IMG/VR virus record: IMGVR_UViG_3300045988_075804
Strand: one strand, 5' to 3'
DNA length: 54,913 nucleotides
DNA from: a virus
Below, piece by piece: positions 51,563-54,913 of the stretch. The first letter of the stretch is position 1. Every line of letters begins with the position of its first letter. The position numbers and the translations under genes are program-made. The notes beneath the pieces were generated by a model. The model saw only the letters and a program-made list of their open reading frames with translations, did no database searches and was not told the DNA's origin.

Positions 51563-51766
51563 ATGCTGAAACAGCTTGCAAATATGACTACAGAAAAACT
51601 CATTGAATTATTTGAGCTTACAACAAATATGAACGATGAAAACATCCCGACAGTCAGAGGCTGGCTGATGGATGAAATCGAGAAAAGAAACCCGGACGGA
51701 TTCGACAAATGGTTAGACAGTGAAGATCCGGAAGATAACACCCTGAGAAAATACATTCTGGTATAG
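51563..51766 (+). CDS. Hypothetical small protein (67 aa)
   Basis: ATG after ACGGAGGAATCGAG. Confidence 0.55.
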   Translation: MLKQLANMTTEKLIELFELTTNMNDENIPTVRGWLMDEIEKRNPDGFDKWLDSEDPEDNTLRKYILV

Positions 51767-51780
51767 AGGAGGTCGTAAAG

Positions 51781-52290
51781 ATGGCAAAAATTATTCAGTT
51801 TCCGGTAAAGAGCAGCAACACATATACAAATTTGGAACAGCTGATTGCAGTTTCTGACAGCACAGCTTCCCTTGAACAATATTTCGAGGTTATGGCAGTT
51901 TGTGATGAAGCCGGTTATTTTCTTCCTGGTGAAATCGAAAAGTTGACCGAACAGGTAAGACAGAAACGCCTTGACCTTGCAAAACCGGAGTTGAAACCGG
52001 CGGTTAATGCGGATACTCCTGGATTATATATCTACTGTCCGGAAATGGGCGAACAGAAACCTCAGTGCCAGATTGAGGCAGCCAGAAGCTACTACGGCAG
52101 ACATTACCACATCAGCACACCTTTAGAGCTGAAAGGTCGTGGTATCACATTTGACAGAGTTCTGGAAGCAAAGAACCTGACAGAAAGATACCAGTACAAG
52201 GCTGGCTGGAATGAATACACAGTAACTGAGAGAGCGTTCGATATGCTCCAGCAGAAATACAGTATATCCCAGGAAAGTCTCCTGGATTGA
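51781..52290 (+). CDS. Hypothetical protein (169 aa)
   Basis: ATG after GAGGAGGTCGTAAAG. Confidence 0.6.
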   Translation: MAKIIQFPVKSSNTYTNLEQLIAVSDSTASLEQYFEVMAVCDEAGYFLPGEIEKLTEQVRQKRLDLAKPELKPAVNADTPGLYIYCPEMGEQKPQCQIEAARSYYGRHYHISTPLELKGRGITFDRVLEAKNLTERYQYKAGWNEYTVTERAFDMLQQKYSISQESLLD

Positions 52291-52306
52291 GAAAGGCGGA
52301 AAAGAT

Positions 52307-52618
52307 ATGAAAAATGTAATCATCAAAGATGGAAAAATTTATAGCGAGAGCTTTGGTAAGGTTGATGTATTTGAGATAGTGGACAAGATCCCGACCGGGT
52401 TCTTTGTCTGGAATATCGGCGACAATATGGGTCACGATGAATATATACCGGTCTGCCAGGATTTACGGCCAGGAGATAAAGACAGTTTCGAGATCAACGC
52501 ACGTACACTAAAGGCTATTAAGCTCAGCATGGAGGAAGTACAGCTGTTAAGAAAAGCTGCCGGCTATGGAGTTAATTCAAAGGAAACAGCTGAAAAAAGC
52601 GTTGAGGAGCAAACGTAA
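52307..52618 (+). CDS. Hypothetical protein (103 aa)
   Basis: ATG after GAAAGGCGGAAAAGAT. Confidence 0.5.
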   Translation: MKNVIIKDGKIYSESFGKVDVFEIVDKIPTGFFVWNIGDNMGHDEYIPVCQDLRPGDKDSFEINARTLKAIKLSMEEVQLLRKAAGYGVNSKETAEKSVEEQT

Positions 52619-52718
52619 AGGTCGCATGAGTGATATTAAGAGAGTTCATGCAGAAAAAACGATAGATATTTTTAACAGAATTTCAAAGTAGAACACTGGA
52701 AGAAAGGCGGTTTTGAGC

Positions 52719-52922
52719 ATGAACAGAAATGAAATCATCGAGAAAATGCGTAAAGACGGTTACCCGTATAAGATTGTCGGAAACGGTGGATATGAAGCCA
52801 CTCTTTCTGGAATACAGCCACTTTCCGGCGGAGATTACATGGCAATCTACAGATACCCAGGCGGAGAGTGCTGTCACTGCCTGGAAGAAATAAAGGCTTG
52901 TTTCACGGTGGTAGAACAGTAG
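52719..52922 (+). CDS. Hypothetical small protein (67 aa)
   Basis: Track ORF trimmed to ATG 52719. Confidence 0.45.
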   Translation: MNRNEIIEKMRKDGYPYKIVGNGGYEATLSGIQPLSGGDYMAIYRYPGGECCHCLEEIKACFTVVEQ

Positions 52923-52933
52923 GAGGTTTTTGT

Positions 52934-53095
52934 ATGAGACAGAGAAAAAGAAAGACCGTATGGGCTTACCTGGATGGTAAGAAATTGGTAAATGTTGTTC
53001 AGGCAGCTCTTGACAATAACATGATGGCGGATGATCTGAAAGCACAGCTGGTAAAAGAAAATCTAGGTCATGAAGTGGTGTTCAAAGTAGAGTAG
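52934..53095 (+). CDS. Hypothetical small protein (53 aa)
   Basis: ATG 52934 lies after TAGGAGGTTTTTGT. Confidence 0.45.
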   Translation: MRQRKRKTVWAYLDGKKLVNVVQAALDNNMMADDLKAQLVKENLGHEVVFKVE

Positions 53096-53107
53096 GAGGA
53101 AAAGGTC

Positions 53108-53641
53108 ATGAAGTTGGAAATCGAAGTAAAACGCCGCAGGTTCAGCGTTACCCAGGGGCAAGCGGATGTGTACGTGAATGGGGAAATGGTAATTTCTTTC
53201 GGCGATACAATAGAGATCATCAATGACGGCCAGCCGTACTACAGTGAAAAAATTGGTAATTGGGCGAGTATCGTTCCGGATTCTAAGTTTATCGGAGGGC
53301 TGTTGTTCCATCCATACGACGATGTGTACCACTACAGCGAAAAAGTAAAAAGAATCCTGGATGCGGAGGCGGAAAGGTTGGAGGCTATGAATTGGCATAT
53401 TGAAACATCGGACGGCATCAAACAGGAGATGCAGATCCGGGAGGGATTCGAGGAGTTTCTTTCAATGGCTGTTCTTCGGTTCATGACAAAGCAGTGGGGA
53501 GAGGTGGAACCGGAGGAGGTAGAACATAACAACAAGAACCCACAGGCAGCAACCGGAGCTTATATATTCCAGGATGAAATAAAGGTGTATGTAAAGGCAG
53601 AAAACGGAGCGGTCAGAGTGTTTCTTCCGGAAGAATGGTAG
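53108..53641 (+). CDS. Hypothetical protein (177 aa). The C-terminus resembles plasmid/ICE-borne proteins ending ...ILLPSEY.
   Basis: ATG after TAGGAGGAAAAGGTC. The C-terminus reads ...KQWGEV.PEE...N......GAY......I.V..E....RVFLPEEW. Confidence 0.55.
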   Translation: MKLEIEVKRRRFSVTQGQADVYVNGEMVISFGDTIEIINDGQPYYSEKIGNWASIVPDSKFIGGLLFHPYDDVYHYSEKVKRILDAEAERLEAMNWHIETSDGIKQEMQIREGFEEFLSMAVLRFMTKQWGEVEPEEVEHNNKNPQAATGAYIFQDEIKVYVKAENGAVRVFLPEEW

Positions 53642-53644
53642 GTG

Positions 53645-53929
53645 ATGGCTGTGTGGCTGATACCGAATGAGGATGAATACTGGGAGCATGTTCGTGAGAG
53701 CTTGGAAGCACCCAGAAAAAACGAGGAGCCATATCTGGAGGAGGGTACGCTGTTCCTGGATGATGAAATAGAGGAACTGGAGAAAAAGTACGGTTGTTCC
53801 ATCGAGGAGTTGTACGAGGGCGATCTGGAGGAAATCGTTCTGGAAAAAGAGGGCATCGTTCCGGAATCTGCCAGGTACGACCCTCAATTTGACTGTATAG
53901 TATTCAAATATTACGAGGAGGCTTGTTAA
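53645..53929 (+). CDS. Hypothetical acidic small protein
   Basis: ATG 53645 (alternative GTG 53642). Confidence 0.45.
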   Translation: MAVWLIPNEDEYWEHVRESLEAPRKNEEPYLEEGTLFLDDEIEELEKKYGCSIEELYEGDLEEIVLEKEGIVPESARYDPQFDCIVFKYYEEAC

Positions 53930-53931
53930 TC

Positions 53932-54486
53932 ATGAACAGAAAAGAGACAACGGAGTTTCTGGGGAGGCTACTCAAAAAAGAGAGGTTCGGAGGAATTGGG
54001 AAGTATTGGGCGAGTGAAGTCAGCATTGATCCATGGTCCACAAAAGGTAAAGGGAAACGAGTGGACTACATGCAGTTTATCCCGGACAATCAATGTGCTA
54101 TATCAGCATTGGAAAAAGGGATTTTCGTATGCTACGAGGTAAAGAGTTGCAAAGAGGATGTATACAGTGGAAACGGTTTGAATTTCCTGGGGGAAAAGAA
54201 TTACATAGTTACAACGATGCAGTGTTATAAGGACATTCTCCCGGACATGAGGAGCGGTAAGTTCTGGAAACACTTGCAGGAGGTTTTCCCGGAATCCTCA
54301 GCCCATATCGGTATCATGGTTGCAATACCGTATATGTCAGAGGCTACAGACGAGTTCGAGAACCCTACGCCCATTGACGGGGAAGTAAACAGGTGGAAGC
54401 TGGCTGTTATAAAGCCGTGCAATATAGGATTGAGAAAAAGGTCCATGACAGAGCTGTTATTCTGTATGCTCAGGAGCGGACAATGA
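53932..54486 (+). CDS. PD-(D/E)XK nuclease-like protein (MmcB-like)
   Basis: RVDYMQF...(~20)...FVCYEVKSCKED gives a D...E.K arrangement. Track ORF trimmed to ATG 53932. Confidence 0.45.
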   Translation: MNRKETTEFLGRLLKKERFGGIGKYWASEVSIDPWSTKGKGKRVDYMQFIPDNQCAISALEKGIFVCYEVKSCKEDVYSGNGLNFLGEKNYIVTTMQCYKDILPDMRSGKFWKHLQEVFPESSAHIGIMVAIPYMSEATDEFENPTPIDGEVNRWKLAVIKPCNIGLRKRSMTELLFCMLRSGQ

Positions 54487-54498
54487 AAGGAGCAGCAC

Positions 54499-54913
54499 AT
54501 GAAAGAAAGACACGCACAAATTTTGGAAGCTATTAAGAGCTTCTACCAGGAGAACGGTTTCTGTCCGACTATCCGCCAGATCGGGGATATGGTAGGGCTG
54601 AAATCCACGTCAACCGCGATAACGCACCTGAAAGCGATGGAGAAAGCCGGTCTGATTATCCGGAACGAATTTTCGCCACGTTCAATCATAATTCCGGGTT
54701 TTAATGACAGAAAACCCGAAAATGATAACGTTTTCGGTAAAATTGAAACGGAAAACACCGGTTTTGAACCGGTTTTCGTACTGCATGGATTCTGGATTAC
54801 CGGCGATGATGCTGGAGTGGATGTCTTTGCAGTCTCTCCGGATCCTGAATATCTCCGGGAGAGAATGAGAGAGGAAGCGGAGGAGCTGTTGGCTGGGTTC
54901 CAAAACAGCGGCA
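54499..54913 (+). CDS. 5' part of a LexA-N-terminal (winged-helix) DNA-binding protein without an S24 peptidase domain. It continues at position 120 through the junction (191 aa in total).
   Basis: ATG after AAAGGAGCAGCAC. MKERHAQILEAIKSFYQENGFCPTIRQIGDMVGLKSTSTAITHLKAMEKAGLI mirrors LexA residues 1-65. Confidence 0.75.
   Translation, partial: MKERHAQILEAIKSFYQENGFCPTIRQIGDMVGLKSTSTAITHLKAMEKAGLIIRNEFSPRSIIIPGFNDRKPENDNVFGKIETENTGFEPVFVLHGFWITGDDAGVDVFAVSPDPEYLRERMREEAEELLAGFQNSG
54795..54913. repeat. Terminal overlap, identical to 1-119
   Basis: See feature 1-119. Confidence 0.95.

Overview
The window is a complete, circularly closed genome of about 54.8 kb from a temperate siphovirus-like phage. 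Bases 1-119 are identical to 54795-54913, so the unique length is 54,794 bp. The host is probably a Gram-positive Firmicute. This is an inference from the strong GGAGG ribosome-binding sites, the large serine integrase, the LL-H-type holin, the CHAP/SH3 endolysin and a SleB-like hydrolase. Almost all genes lie on the + strand. The only minus-strand block is the lysogeny module (serine integrase, a small ORF and a CI-like repressor, 10439-12800).

Gene order:
- 51.5 kb, across the junction, to 9 kb: an accessory or early block of about 35 small ORFs. It includes a Dam-like methyltransferase, a remote DGR target, a YopX-like protein, a PD-(D/E)XK nuclease and a protein carrying only the LexA DNA-binding domain.
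- 9.0-10.4 kb: moron-like cassettes (a lipoprotein, and a DUF4160/DUF2442 pair).
- 10.4-13.2 kb: integrase, repressor and Cro-like switch.
- 13-23 kb: recombination and replication genes (RecT, DUF1351, PD-(D/E)XK exonuclease, replisome organizer with iterons, DnaC-like loader, RusA, MT-A70 methyltransferase).
- 23.7-24.0 kb: a structured late leader.
- 24-26.4 kb: ParB-like protein, a glycosyltransferase-like protein and a cassette encoding only the MgsA C-terminal domain.
- 26.5-43.7 kb: packaging, head and tail genes.
- 43.7-46.9 kb: a complete diversity-generating retroelement (DGR).
- 47.6-50.8 kb: lysis genes.
- 50.76-51.48 kb: about 720 bp of AT-rich non-coding DNA.

The strongest signal is the DGR. 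It has one template repeat (TR), two variable repeats (VR1 and VR2), an Avd-like gene and a reverse transcriptase (RT). Every TR/VR substitution falls on a TR adenine. The second, remote target (VR2) carries a 1-nt insertion.

Other notable points:
- An early promoter family with a dyad operator in its spacer, reused at three loci.
- A lambda-PR'/tR'-like terminated leader in front of the late genes.
- A tripartite non-coding element repeated upstream of the capsid and holin operons.

I saw no rRNA, tRNA or CRISPR array. All product calls come from motifs I recognise by eye. No database search was possible.
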